In this document: positions 37,298 to 50,692 of the stretch, piece by piece | Numbering within the stretch: the first letter of the stretch is position 1 | How the letters are laid out: the number at the start of each line of letters is the position of its first letter | Origin: Octopus vulgaris | Taxonomy: Eukaryota | Length of the DNA: 64,000 nucleotides | Assembly (NCBI GenBank): GCA_951406725.2 | Contig: OX597816.1 | Coordinates: 112,096,001-112,160,000, forward strand | Direction: 5' to 3' | Notes under the pieces: generated by a model | What the model was told of the DNA's origin: nothing | Seen by the model: the letters and a program-made list of their open reading frames with translations, nothing else | Database searches by the model: none | Position numbers and translations under genes: made by a program

Positions 37298-39188
37298 AAT
37301 GTCTTGCTATCATGAAAGAAAAAGTAAAAAGGCGTGCTATAGAAGAATAAGACTTATAATGAAAACTGAAAACTGAACATAACTTTAAAAATTGCTTAGA
37401 AGTCATTAACACCCAGGCACTTCCAGTAGCCCAGTACAGTTTTAATATCATTAATTGGAATCCTTTGGAACTCCAACACATAGACAGGAGACAAGGAAAC
37501 TATTAGCATCTAATAAAATGCACCATCATAAGGCAGACGCTGACCATCAGGACCTATCTAGAAGCATTAGGGGAAGAGGAATGATGCAATTAAAACTTTG
37601 CTATAGGAATGAACAAGTACTTATCTAATACAAAGGACTGGGTGCTGCAGCTTTTATGCAAATATGAAAACAGCAAGAAGTCACATTCTATTGTCAAGGG
37701 AGCTAGTAAATTTACAAGGAAACTTGATGTGAACCCTGAATTAGATGAAGAATCCTATATCACTGCTACCAAACAAGCAAAACAAATCAAATTGAATGCT
37801 AAAAAGAATGGACAGAAGTAACATGAGGAATGGTGGTGCCATAGGTCCTAGCATCATCATCATCATCATCATCATCATGAATAATATATTCTTCAAAGTC
37901 AAAATATCTATGATAACCAAGCAACAAACCATCAGTGGCTGAGGAGCTTAGGATTGAAGCAAGAAATTGAAGGCACAAGATCAGAGCTTGTCACCAGAAA
38001 TTACCAAGCTAATGTCCTAAAAAATGGTGCTGACCCAAAATGCAGATTCTGTCACATTTGATGAAACAATTGACCATCCTGTTTCAGACTGTCCAAATGA
38101 ATATAAAAATTGCTACGATAGAGTTGGACCGTATTTACATTGAAAAATATGTAAACACTATCAAACCAACACTCCTGCTAAGTGGTATGAACACCACCCA
38201 GAGCCAGTGGTTGAAGGTAAAAACGTTGCCACCAACTGGGATTTTCTTGTGAACATTGATAGAACAGTCAAAATTAATCAATTTTGCTCAGTACCACTGA
38301 TTTGCTTGTTAGTTACTTGACCTTAACCAGTTGTGCTTGTCCCTTAGTAGCTGCTTATGGATAGACACTGCAGTCCCTGCTGACAAGAATATTACCCAAA
38401 AACGAAGTGGAGAAACTGTCGAAGTACAAAGATCTTGAAATTGAAGAATTCAAGATGTGAAGTATGAAGATAAAAGCAATACCAATAATAATTGGAGCAT
38501 TGGGTATGATAAAAAATGTATGAACAAAAATAGAGGCAGCCATACCTGGATCTGCAATATTACACACTCTCCAAAAAGTAGCCGTACTAGGAACAGAACA
38601 CATTCTATGCAAGACACTATAATTTCAATAGTACAATGGGGTGCCAAAAAGTTCCTGACTTTGGGTTAAAGAATATACAGGAATGATCAATCAATTCTGA
38701 TTTTATTCAACATATTCCCCTCTCAGATTCACACACTTATTGCAGCAATCTTTCAGTTTTTCTAAGCCTTGTAAAAGAACACAGAAGGTTGGGTCTCCAA
38801 CCAGGCCTTTCATGATACTCTAAAATCCAGGAACTTTTCAGCACCTCCTCATACAATCCAGATAAAAAAAAAAACCACAAATGCAAGACACTCTATACTG
38901 TAAATACCCAATAAAATAAACAACCCCAACAACATGTACTCTACAGGTGGGATACCCAACCAGAGAACACAATTCACATTATGCACACAACACACATTAC
39001 AAACACTAATACAACAAGCGATTCAAGCAAAACCCCATAACAAAACAGACATGCAAGAGAGTACCAAGAAGAGTTTGCACTCCCCCAATACTAACAAAAA
39101 CAAGAATAAACAGCACTACATACATCTCAACATGGAAATGTAGCAGTTGATGCTGCAGAAATTTGCCTGAAGCTATCAAATATCAAAC

Positions 39189-39190
<2 letters not shown>
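37298..39190 (+). mobile_element. R4/Dong-like RLE non-LTR retrotransposon, 5' truncated, decayed, ending in (TAA)n
   Basis: INTQALPVAQYSFNII, MHHHKAD, RGRGMMQL, TRNYQANVLKNGADPKCRFC..ETIDH..DCP (CCHC knuckle), KWYEH, WDF, IDTAVP, EKLSKYKDLEIE, PIIIGALG; non-coding tail to a (TAA)n run. Confidence 0.8.
38634..38851. mobile_element. Mariner-derived MITE (~220 bp) inserted in a LINE 3' region
   Basis: TA-flanked imperfect TIRs ggggtgccaaaaagttcctg / ccaggaacttttcagcacctcc; no ORF. Confidence 0.7.
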
Positions 39191-39247
<57 letters not shown>

Positions 39248-39276
39248 TAGTAATAATAATAATAATAATGATAGTA

Positions 39277-39322
<46 letters not shown>

Positions 39323-39342
39323 TAGTAATAATAATAATAATA
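39188..39342. repeat. (TAA)n microsatellite
   Basis: Run with periodic gatag interruptions; a second run lies at 39899-40000. Confidence 0.97.
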
Positions 39343-39899
39343 AATGCCCTGATGCAGTACCAGGCAGTGGCTCTCATGGCTTCTGATCTTAACTGATTGG
39401 AAGTGTTATCATGTACATTGTTTTGTCTTGGTATAAAAGATGGGCTACAGCAAATATTCTGCTCAATACCACAGATTTGCTTGTCAGTTGTTTGACCTTA
39501 ACCAGTTGAGCATGTCCCTTAGTGGCTGACGATATGTGCATCTCTGATCACAAGCAGAAGTAGTGGGGGAGCATCATAGCCATGTGTTGAGAGGGATTCT
39601 TTGGGGTTTGAATAGATCACCTCTGGAAACATGGGTGGTTCTTTCAACATCCTTAAACAACCCTTATTCAGGGACCTTTTGAGCGGGATGGGCTACTCAA
39701 CCTGAAGAAAATTCTAACTGGGCTCCACCTGCAAGGTCATGTGCTGTTTATCTTGATATGAGATCACCATGTCGCGCACATATGGTTGTGATGCATGTGC
39801 CTGGTGTACCCTTATCAGACGGGTAGTCATGATGGGTATATTGGGCTTCGTATATTTTACCCCAGTGTCACTTTGATGGCATACACTGCTCTCTCACTC
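39343..39899. mobile_element. ~557-bp non-coding element embedded in (TAA)n, copy 1
   Basis: Begins aatgccctgatgcagtaccaggcag and ends ctctctcactc; TAA arrays on both sides; a diverged copy lies immediately downstream. Confidence 0.75.
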
Positions 39900-40557
<658 letters not shown>

Positions 40558-40569
40558 ATAATAATAATA

Positions 40570-41385
40570 CAGAGCAAAATGAAGTCCAGTTTTCTGTGGA
40601 GAAAATGCAGAAGCAATAAAAGTTGTTAAACAACTAAAATCCAAACGAAAACTACAACAAAATACCATGATAAAACCATGGCAAGTACTGGAATAAGCTA
40701 AACAGAAAAGAAATAGACAAAGCAAAATCCCAACAAAAGTTGAGAAGCTCAGGATTCAAAGCAGTGAATGAAGAATTTTTATGTGCAGCATATGATCAAA
40801 GCCTCCCCACCAGAAACCATTAAAAACACATAATGAAGATAGAATCAATAAATTCTTGCAGAATATGTGGTGATGAGGAAGAAACAAATTAATCATATTA
40901 TCTCTAACTTCCCGGTCATAGCTAAGAAGTAGTATATCTACAGACATAATAGAATTAGGATCTACATACACAGGAAGCCATGTCAGCACTATGGAATGGC
41001 AGCAGAAAAAATGGTGTAAACATTCCCAGAAAAGGTCTCAGAAAATGACAAACCAACCATATTCTGGGATATGCCAATACACACAGATAGATAGATAGAT
41101 CAAGGTTAATAGACCAGATATTGTCATCAGAGACCTTCAAGTAAGAAAATGCCTTCTAATTGACATATGAGCCCCAACAGATTCTTTTATTCTTTTATTT
41201 GTTTCAGTTATTTTACTGTGGCCATGCTGGGGCACCTCCTTTAGTTGAACAAATCAACCCCAGGACTTATTCTTTGTAAACCTAGTACTTATTCTATCGG
41301 GCTCTTTGCTGAACCACTAGGTTATGGGGATGCAAACACACCAACATCAGTTGTCAAGCAATGGTGGGGGACAAATACACACATG

Positions 41386-41420
<35 letters not shown>

Positions 41421-41965
41421 CACACACACAACACACACACACACACACACACATACGATGGGCTTCTTTCAGTTTCCATCTACCAAAACCACTCACAAGG
41501 TTTTGGTCTGCCTGAGGCTATAGTTGACGACACTTTCGCAAGGTGCCATGAAGTGGGACTGAACCTGTAACCATGAGGTTGGTAAGCAAGCTATTTACCA
41601 CGCAGCTATTCCTGCATCTGACAAAATTTATCTATAAAAAAAGACAGAGAAACTCTCGAAATACAGATGTCTGGAAATACAGATAACCCAAATGAGGAGC
41701 CTGGAAATAGAAATAATCCCCATAATAATTGGTGCATTAAGTATAGTAAAAAAACATGCAGACAAATACATAACCAAAACACCAGGACAAACATATATAA
41801 CATACAGAAAATAACGCTGCTAGCCACTGTAAACATCCTACATAAAGTACTTTCAATAAAGTAAAAATAATAAAAACTAAAACAGCATAAATCCAAGGCA
41901 CACAGAGCTGTGCTCAGTAGTGCAGTAAAAGCACATGATAAAAATAAGACTACTGAATAATAATA
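40570..41965 (+). mobile_element. Second R4/Dong-like RLE LINE 3' fragment ending in (TAA)n, interrupted by a SINE
   Basis: LRSSGFK, CRICGDEEET.NHIIS, WDMPIHTDR..NRPDIVI, EKLSKY, IPIIIGAL; preceded and followed by TAA repeats. Confidence 0.78.
41181..41615 (-). mobile_element. SINE family A (inserted in R4-like LINE)
   Basis: Full-length copy with internal (CA)n; LINE sequence resumes after it. Confidence 0.85.
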
Positions 41966-42243
41966 ATAATGATGATTATGATGACAAAAACAACAGCAAT
42001 AATAATAATAATAATAATAATGATAATAATAATAATAATAATCGTTTCTACTATAGGCACAAGACCTGAAATTTAGGGGAGGGGATAGTCAATTACAAAA
42101 CTCATCTGGTACTTATTTTATCGACACCAAAAGGATGAAAACCAAAGCCAAGCATGGCAGAATTTCAGCTCAGAACGAGGAGATGGACGAAATGCTGCTA
42201 ATCATTTTGCCTAGTGTGCCAATGATTCTGCCAGCTCACCACC

Positions 42244-42626
<383 letters not shown>

Positions 42627-43070
42627 CCCTTCTACTAAAAGCACAAGGCCTGAAATTTGTGGGGAGGAGACTAGTCGATTACATCAACCCCAATGTTTCA
42701 CTGGTTCTTAATTTATCGGCCATGAAAGAATGAAAGGTAAATTTGACCTTGGTGGAATTTGAACTCAGAATGTAAAGACAGACAAAATGCTGCAAAACAT
42801 TTTGCCCAGAGCAGAAACAATTCTACCAGCTTACCATCTTATGTGGAGGCATATAGCCTAGTGGTTAGAGCAGTGGACTCGCAGTCCCAGCTTGTAACAT
42901 GGATATTAAATCATGATGACAATAATGATTATATACATACATATGTATGTATATATGTATGTCATTGTTTAGTTTTATTTCAAGATTTCTTGCCAATGGA
43001 GAAAAAGCTGGTTTCTAACCTAGATCCAAGGCTCTTTCATTGGAATTTCAACATCAATAGGATAGTTTTG

Positions 43071-43140
43071 CATGTATGTATGTATGTATGTATGTATGTA
43101 TGTATGTATGTATGTATGTATGTATGTATGTATGTGTAGG

Positions 43141-43174
<34 letters not shown>

Positions 43175-43244
43175 TGTATGTATGTATGTATGTATGTATG
43201 TATGTATGTATGTATGTATGTATGTATGTATGTATGTATGTATG
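43071..43244. repeat. (TATG)n microsatellite
   Basis: Long tetranucleotide run with one interruption. Confidence 0.97.
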
Positions 43245-44410
43245 TTTTGTTTTATGTATATATTCTCATGCATATATTTGCATATCTAGACATGCTCATA
43301 TATGTTTTAATGACAAACTTCTGGAAAATTTTACAGATTTTTACAGTTCCAGTGATGGATTGGATCTGTAGTCTTCGAATTAGCTTTCTTCTTTCTGGTT
43401 TTAAGTAGCATAATTTCTCAAGAATGGTATTTAGGCAGTGTGTTACATATCCCAGGGCCCTAATAATTACAGGTACAAACCTGAACTTGTAATCTGGACA
43501 GAGTAACTGCAGATTTCTAAATAGTTCAGCTAAGGTATTCTCTTTTTCATTGATCTTCAGCTTTATGTTAACATCCACTTGACAGCTAATTTCCACAACT
43601 GTGCATAGTTTCTCTTCTCTATCCCAAACCATTATATCAGATCTGTTGTGCCTACATTTTATTGAGGTCTTCCCTGGGACATTCCACCAGTACTCCTTTT
43701 CATTATGAGTGGCTATGGCTGTGTATATATGTATGTCTCTTCTATTGTTTAATTATAATAAATGTTCCACTGAGGAGGGAGCCAGTTTCCAACAACGATA
43801 CAAAGATCCATCTTTGGTAGTTAACACAGACAAATTCACACTTGGAACTTTGAGAAAAGTTTTGCATATTTTTGCTTTCACTCATAGATTGTACTTGTAA
43901 TGTACGAATTAGTCAGTTGGTTTCTCTCTCTGAAAATCCTAGTTTATCCAGATTCTCCCTTAAGCATTTACTAACAAAGTGCTTCAATTATTATTGGTAT
44001 GTATATGAATTCATAATCAGAATATAGAAGCTGAAGGTTTCGAAGCAGTTGTCAATAAATATCCTCTTTTTCCTTGATTTTCAATGGGATGCTTATATCT
44101 ACAGGGCTGCTGACCTCTATGATGGTATATACCTTTGCCCCTCTGTCCCAAACAGCAATATCTAGCCTGTTATGTTTACATTTGACAGAAATTTTGATAG
44201 TAAGTTTATTTCAGGACAGTATTTTTTGTGGATAGCATTGTAAATTGTTTTAGCGACATCATACCGCATTGGGAGGTAGTACCATGACAACACTTTAGGG
44301 CATCTGCTAATCACATGCACGATGTCTTCCACAGAGACATGACATAGCCTCCACATGCAGTTGCACCTTTGGATTACAAGAGTGTCACTATCTCTCTTGT
44401 TCACCAGGTG
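43245..44410 (-). mobile_element. RLE-type (CRE/NeSL/R4-like) LINE 3' fragment abutting (CATA)n
   Basis: RLCHVSVEDIVHVISRCP knuckle at 44160-44400; WWNVP...HNRSDIMVWD..VVEISC..KENT..FVPVIIRALG at 43300-43700; ~440 bp of unrelated sequence between them. Confidence 0.72.
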
Positions 44411-44746
44411 TATATGTATATATATGTGTGTTTTTCTTCATTATTCACCCTTTCATGAGAAAGGTTACTAAATCTGTGATTATTTCTAATATTTCCGCGC
44501 AAGTTTATATCAGTATCTTAAACAATGCTTTAGTTTGTTACCTCAAATCCTAATACTTTTCATAACATCTATAACATGTTACCACAATTACAAAAATAAT
44601 TTTTTCTAAAAAAACTTTATTGCATTTTTACTGTTTCTTTTACATGTTCTTTTGCAATGTTTGAGAAGTTTTATTGTTGTTTTTCAATGAAATAGTTTTA
44701 TTTTATTTTATTTTATTTTATTTTATTTTTGTTGTTGTTATTGCAG

Positions 44747-44772
44747 ACTTGGACAACTGTATATTTGAATAG
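44747..44772 (+). CDS. Candidate terminal coding exon (xLDNCIFE*) followed by possible 3' UTR
   Basis: Long T-rich tract ending ttgcag; stop codons soon in all frames; ~2.4 kb downstream lacks recognisable SINEs and has AATAAA motifs. Confidence 0.3.
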
Positions 44773-46511
44773 CAATTGTTTTTATGGATGATAACCCTTT
44801 CTTATTGTTAAGCACTCAGCCATAAATCAGATGAGGAACCTGTTTTGTCAGCCAGGCAGTTTGAGGAAAGCAGAGCGCAAAGTATTGTGCAATGCCCGGA
44901 AGCATATAACACAATGAGTTTCAGTAGGTTTACAATTCCTGACCATGTGATTTACTGTCTTAATCTTGTAGTCATTGTTCCTATTATAAATACAGAAACT
45001 TTGTATGGGTTTTTCTTACATTTTTCTTTCTTAAAAAAAAAAAAATTTAAAAATAAATAATTAAAAACTTTTAGTCATACCTAAGAAAAATGTACATCTC
45101 CAAATCAAAGAACTTTTTCTGTCCATTAAAACAAAATATATATACATATATAAAATGAAAATAGTTACAAAAAATACCATAGAATTATTGTATTAATGGC
45201 CTATTTCTCACCTTTCAAGATGTTTAGACGTTATAAACATGAATGGATGTATTTGATATTGATTAAGCAATGATAAAATGTGACAGCTAACTAAAATCCT
45301 TTTAGGCATTGAGATTTCACTTAAAGTATGCCATCCTTTCTATCTTTTTTACATAGTCATCTAGAAGAAAAGAAGAAGAGAACAAGCACTCATGCACAAA
45401 CTGTCTTGTATGTATGCCCATTTGTGTATATACGTCTGTGTTTGTACATGTGTATATGTATGGATGTATGTATGTATATGTGCGCATATATATATGTGTA
45501 TGTATATATGTATTTGCATGTGTATGTATCTATGCATAGACGCATAAAACATACACATGCATATTAACACATAGACACATACACAAATACATACATGCAC
45601 ATGTTATGGGTATGGCATCTTTACAGTGAAATGTGGTTTGTTTTACTCTTTTCCTCTTTCTCTATTAGAATGTTTCAAATATGATTTAGAAATTATTATT
45701 GAGAATATTTGAATAAAAGTACAAAAACTACTGAATTTTATCGATTCTTTTCAGGTTAACTTCCACAAATATGCTCATTCTTTTATCAAAATATGCTCAT
45801 GTGTGAATGTGTGTATTTGTGTATGTACATATATGCATATAAGCATGTTTGTGTGTGTGTGTGTGTGTATGTGTGTGTATTTATATGACATGTTTTCATA
45901 TATGTATATACATATGTTTATATGTAATATACTGAAATATGAAGAGGAAGGCTAACAGAGAAATGGGTGAGAGACAAAGAAAGTGTTAAACAGATCAAGA
46001 AATAGGTACACTAATGTACTTTTGCTCATTTTAATGTGTGAAATTGCACACAAACACACACACACACACACACACATCCTTATGATTTTCTGAATAGATC
46101 TACATATATACATCATTTTCTAGATTTACATGTTAGTTAAAAATAAAATAACTTTTATAAAATACAAGTTGTAAATAGATGGTACACCCATATACCTACC
46201 TGCATACACATACGCAACTATAACCACTATTATTTATTTTGATTGCATTTTTTTTCTGACTTATAGGTGCGTAACTGATAAAGTATACACACACATGCAC
46301 ACACACACACACACATATATATATATTATTGATAATTGGCATAAGTTACAGAGTGACTCAAGGGCCAAGAGTTTCGTGTGTTGGCACTTATAGACACATG
46401 AAACAATTGGCCCTTGAGTTAGTCTGTAACTTCAACCAATTATTAATAAAGAAACACACATATACTCATGTTGTGAATTCTGTTTTCCTGCCTGCATCAT
46501 CAAACCTATAA

Positions 46512-46552
<41 letters not shown>

Positions 46553-47844
46553 TGTGTGTGTATTTGGGTGTGGATGTGTGTGTATCATATTTATTTATAA
46601 ATTGAAGTCAAAAATTTCAATTTCAAATGACTTCCTTTTAGCATAATGTTTGATGATAATTATCTTTATTTAATCTTTGAATGCTAAAATCAAGGTTGGG
46701 CATCTCCTTTTGCTTTATAAACACACTTGTTCTTCCTATACCTACCTACCTATCTACCTACCTACCTTCCTTCCTGCATACACGCATACATACATATTTA
46801 CATTCACACACAAACTTATACACAAATATATAATATAGGTTTAGGTGTGTGTATGTAAATATAAATATATATATATGTATACATATATAGTAAGAATTGT
46901 AAAATATATTAAAACTGATGTTTTACATAATGCAAACAGTATCTAATGTAGAACTCAATAGACTAGGTAGAGCAGATAAGTACATTTAATATAAAAATGT
47001 TGACAGCTTACTCCGAATTCCATCTTGAGCTCAAACTAAGCTAGAACAAAACTCAAAGTAGATGATCAATTGTTGATATAATAAGCACATAGACACACAC
47101 ACTGACTAACACATGCACACAAGCATGAACACACACACACACACATGCATACACACATATACAGACATATATATACACACAAATAAAAGAACATAAGTCA
47201 TTATTGTTGTTTGAAATAACATTAATGAAGCAATGTTTACATCATTATCTTAGTCTTAGTTTCTCCCACATCCATGAAGCATGAGAGATCTCAATCCAGC
47301 ATAATCACATGCCCTGTGAAGAGCCTGCTCTGAGGTCAAAAAGTCCTTCACAGTCCTCAACCAAGTCTTGATTGTCTGCCTTACCCATCTGGCTTCCACT
47401 CTCACTGCTTTTTTTTTCCATAACACTGGTTTTTGCATAACACATGGATGAGAATCCCACAACATTTCATCATGATGGTATCCCAAAGGTTACTCAGACC
47501 AACTCTTTCGGCCATTACTTCATTCCTGGTGTGGTTGTACCTTGAATTTTTTAGAATGGACCAAAGGCACTTTCTTAGGAATATGTCACTAGTTTTATAG
47601 AATTTGCTTCACTTTTCTTACATCTCATAAGCATAAATCCCCATCTGCATAATTATGGATGAATACAAATGGAGTTTGGTGCCTTGATTGGGTGCCATGA
47701 TGGGTCACATAGGTTTCAGGTGTTAAGAACTGCTGCATCTCTGCTGAATTTCATCACCTCATCACTTTCTGAGTTTCTATCATAAGCTATTGTCTAAATA
47801 AGCCACTCCACTTAACACTTCACTCCCCAGTCCAAGGAACTTTG

Positions 47845-48056
47845 TTTTGCAACTTACTTGGTGACCCCACCGGTGCTGGTGACATGAAAAATGCACCCAG
47901 TACACTCTGTAAAGTGGTTAGCATTGGGAAAAATATCCAGCAGTAGAAATCAGGTCAAAACAGACAAGAAAGCTTATCACAGTCCTCTAGACTGCCAGCT
48001 TTTGTCAAACCACCCTACCCATGCCAACATGGAAAAACAGACGTTAGAAAACAGAC

Positions 48057-48092
<36 letters not shown>

Positions 48093-48137
48093 AATGTTGA
48101 TGATAATGACGACGACAATAATAATGATGATGATTTG
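47845..48137 (+). mobile_element. Family B element (diverged)
   Basis: gcacccagtacactc...gggaaaaatatccagc...acccatgccaacatggaaaaacagacgtt + (GAT)n. Confidence 0.65.
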
Positions 48138-48453
48138 ATGAGCTCCTGAGTCTGTATACATAGTACAGGTATTTGTTGACTTAAGTGTAAGATGACTATC
48201 AGTGAATATAAAGAGCTTTATTAGCAACACAACATACAGATGTACATACATATTGAAGATATAGGGAGTAGACAATGTATTGATATTTCATATATTGATA
48301 TTTCATCTCCATGTAGGCCATACAGAAACAGATTATACAGATGTTGTACAGATAATTATTATTGTGATCTAGAAGAACAAATGATAAAAATAATAACATT
48401 GTTGATGTAACATTAAGCCTTGCCATTATATTGCTATTGTTGTTGATAGTGAT

Positions 48454-48454
48454 G

Positions 48455-48526
<72 letters not shown>

Positions 48527-48545
48527 CTGGTGGTGGTGGTGATGT
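48454..48545. repeat. (TAG)n/(TGG)n microsatellite
   Basis: Trinucleotide run. Confidence 0.95.
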
Positions 48546-48639
48546 TTAGCCCTGTGTTGACCTCTGATCCAGTAAACCTATGATTAAAGACAATCAAGCT
48601 GTGACTATCCTCATCCTGTTTATTTTTTAAATATTATAT

Positions 48640-49123
48640 AAGGCAAAGTGGCTGAGCTCCTGGGCCTCATGGAGGCCAAATGACTGAGTTCCTTTCAAGT
48701 GTTGGGTTTAACAGAGGCTAGGTGGCTGAGTTCCTTTTGAATGGGCCTCGCAGAAGCAAGGTGAATGCGTTCCTTTCAAGTGTTTGGGCCACATGGAGAC
48801 AAAGTGGCCAAGCTCCCTTCGAGTGTTGGGCCTCATGGAGGCAATGATCAAGACCTTTGGCATTATGTCATGCTTGAGGAGAAGACCCATCAAGCCAAGC
48901 AAAATTATAGTCATGGTGGATACCAGTGTCACATAAATGATATCCATGCCGGTGGCACGTAAAAGCACCCATTACTCTCTCAGAGTGGTTGGCATTAGGA
49001 AGGGCATCCAGCTGTAAAAAACCATGCCAAATCAGACTGGATCCTGGCACAGGCTTTCAGCGTGCCAGCCCAGCCAAACCGTCCAATCCATGCCAGCATA
49101 GACAACGGACATTAAATGATGAT
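48640..49123 (+). mobile_element. Family B element with ~40-bp internal minisatellite
   Basis: Five to six units like g(c/a)caaagtggctgagttcctttcaagtgttgggcctcatggag, then the family B 3' module. Confidence 0.75.
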
Positions 49124-49604
49124 ATAGCATACCTATAATATATTATGAAATTTTGCTTTCCATTTTTTATGATTGTAGAGTATGATTTGAAGGAGATTTA
49201 GTTGTTATTTTAGCAGCTCAAACCACTTCATAAAAGTTCCTTGTCAGCTCAAATATGAGTGATACTGTATATTATTTATGTAACACAGAACATTAAAAGA
49301 GATGGTTTTTGGCTCTCTCTCTCACAAGTAGCAAACTGTTAGATTTCTTATGAAGCAGAGAAGTTACTACAAGCAGGCAAGACAATTTTTATGTCGATAA
49401 ACATCAGCTGTGATAAAACTAGTTGGAAAATGTTGTGCAACATTTATTAGAGCATAGAAGCTTACAAGTGTTTATATTTTGGGTGGGTCTTGTTGAAATG
49501 CTTACTTTTTTTTATCTTACATCTCATATGATATTTAGATAACATTTTCTGAGATGTACTGAAAATAGTGTTCTGAATTTTCTGCTGTTGTATGAAGTAT
49601 AAAT

Positions 49605-49675
<71 letters not shown>

Positions 49676-50384
49676 ATGTATGTATGTATGTATGTATGTA
49701 TGTATGTATGTATGCATGCATGCAAGTATATATAAATGTGTGTATGCATGCATGCATGCAAGTATATATAAATGTATATGTGTGTGTGTGTAAATACATA
49801 CACATACACACACACACCCATGTATATATATAAAATCATTATTTCAGATATGTTATTTTGGCCCTTATCTCTACATTCACCTACATTATACACATGCTCT
49901 GTCACCAACATTTTGGATAGTATATTCTAAAGAATTAATTTCATTTTTCATTCTATATACAAATGCATGAGCGGTCTTTTACTGAAAAGGAGAGTATTAA
50001 CTTCTACTTTTTATTCTTGCTAAGATTGTAATAAATCTAATATTAAATTTTCCCATTTTATTATTTATCAAAGAGAAAGTTGTGAACAGACTGTATTGTT
50101 AACATGCCACACAAAACGTTTAGCAGCATTTCATCCGTCTTTAAATTCTGAGATCAAATTCCACTGAAGTCAGCTTTGCCTTTATTCATGTGGGGCTCGG
50201 TAAAATAGGTAACAGTCAAGTACTGGGGTCAATGTAATCGACTTGCCCCGTCCCTCAAAATCTTTCACCTTGAGCCAAAATTAGAAAAAAATGTTTACTG
50301 AAGAGAAAACAATTAACTACAACTTTGTATACTTGCTAACATTGTGATAATTTTAAATTTTATTGTTTTATTATTTGTCTTATT

Positions 50385-50692
50385 TAAGTTAGAGCATCAA
50401 GCTTATGATCATGAGGCTGTGAGTTCGATTCCCAGACCAGGCTGTGTGTTGTGCTCTCGAGCAAGACACTTTATTTCATGTTGCTCCAGTTCACTTAGCT
50501 GTAGAAATGAGTTGCAGCATCACTGGTGCCAAGCTGTATCAGCCTTTGCCTTTTCCTTGGATAACATGGAGTGGGGAGGCTGGTATGCATGGGTGACTGC
50601 TTGTCTTCCATAAACAACCTTGCCTGGACTTGTGCCTCAGAGGGTAACTTTCTAGGGGCAATCCCATGGTCATTCATGACTGAAGGGGGTCA
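50385..50692 (+). mobile_element. SINE family E (tRNA head + CORE-like domain)
   Basis: gagttcgattccc B box, then gagcaagacactttatttc...cagttcacttagctgtagaaatgag, resembling the CORE-SINE domain. The 3' half recurs at 26183-26385 (-) and the head plus core at 57765-57960 (+). Confidence 0.72.

Noticed and set aside
39345-39370. cctgatgcagtaccagg resembling U2 snRNA stem-loop IV
   Set aside because: The match is too short and the rest of U2 is absent.
48640-48850. Regularly spaced ~40-bp repeats resembling a CRISPR array
   Set aside because: These are tandem degenerate units without unique spacers, inside a eukaryotic retroelement, with no cas genes.
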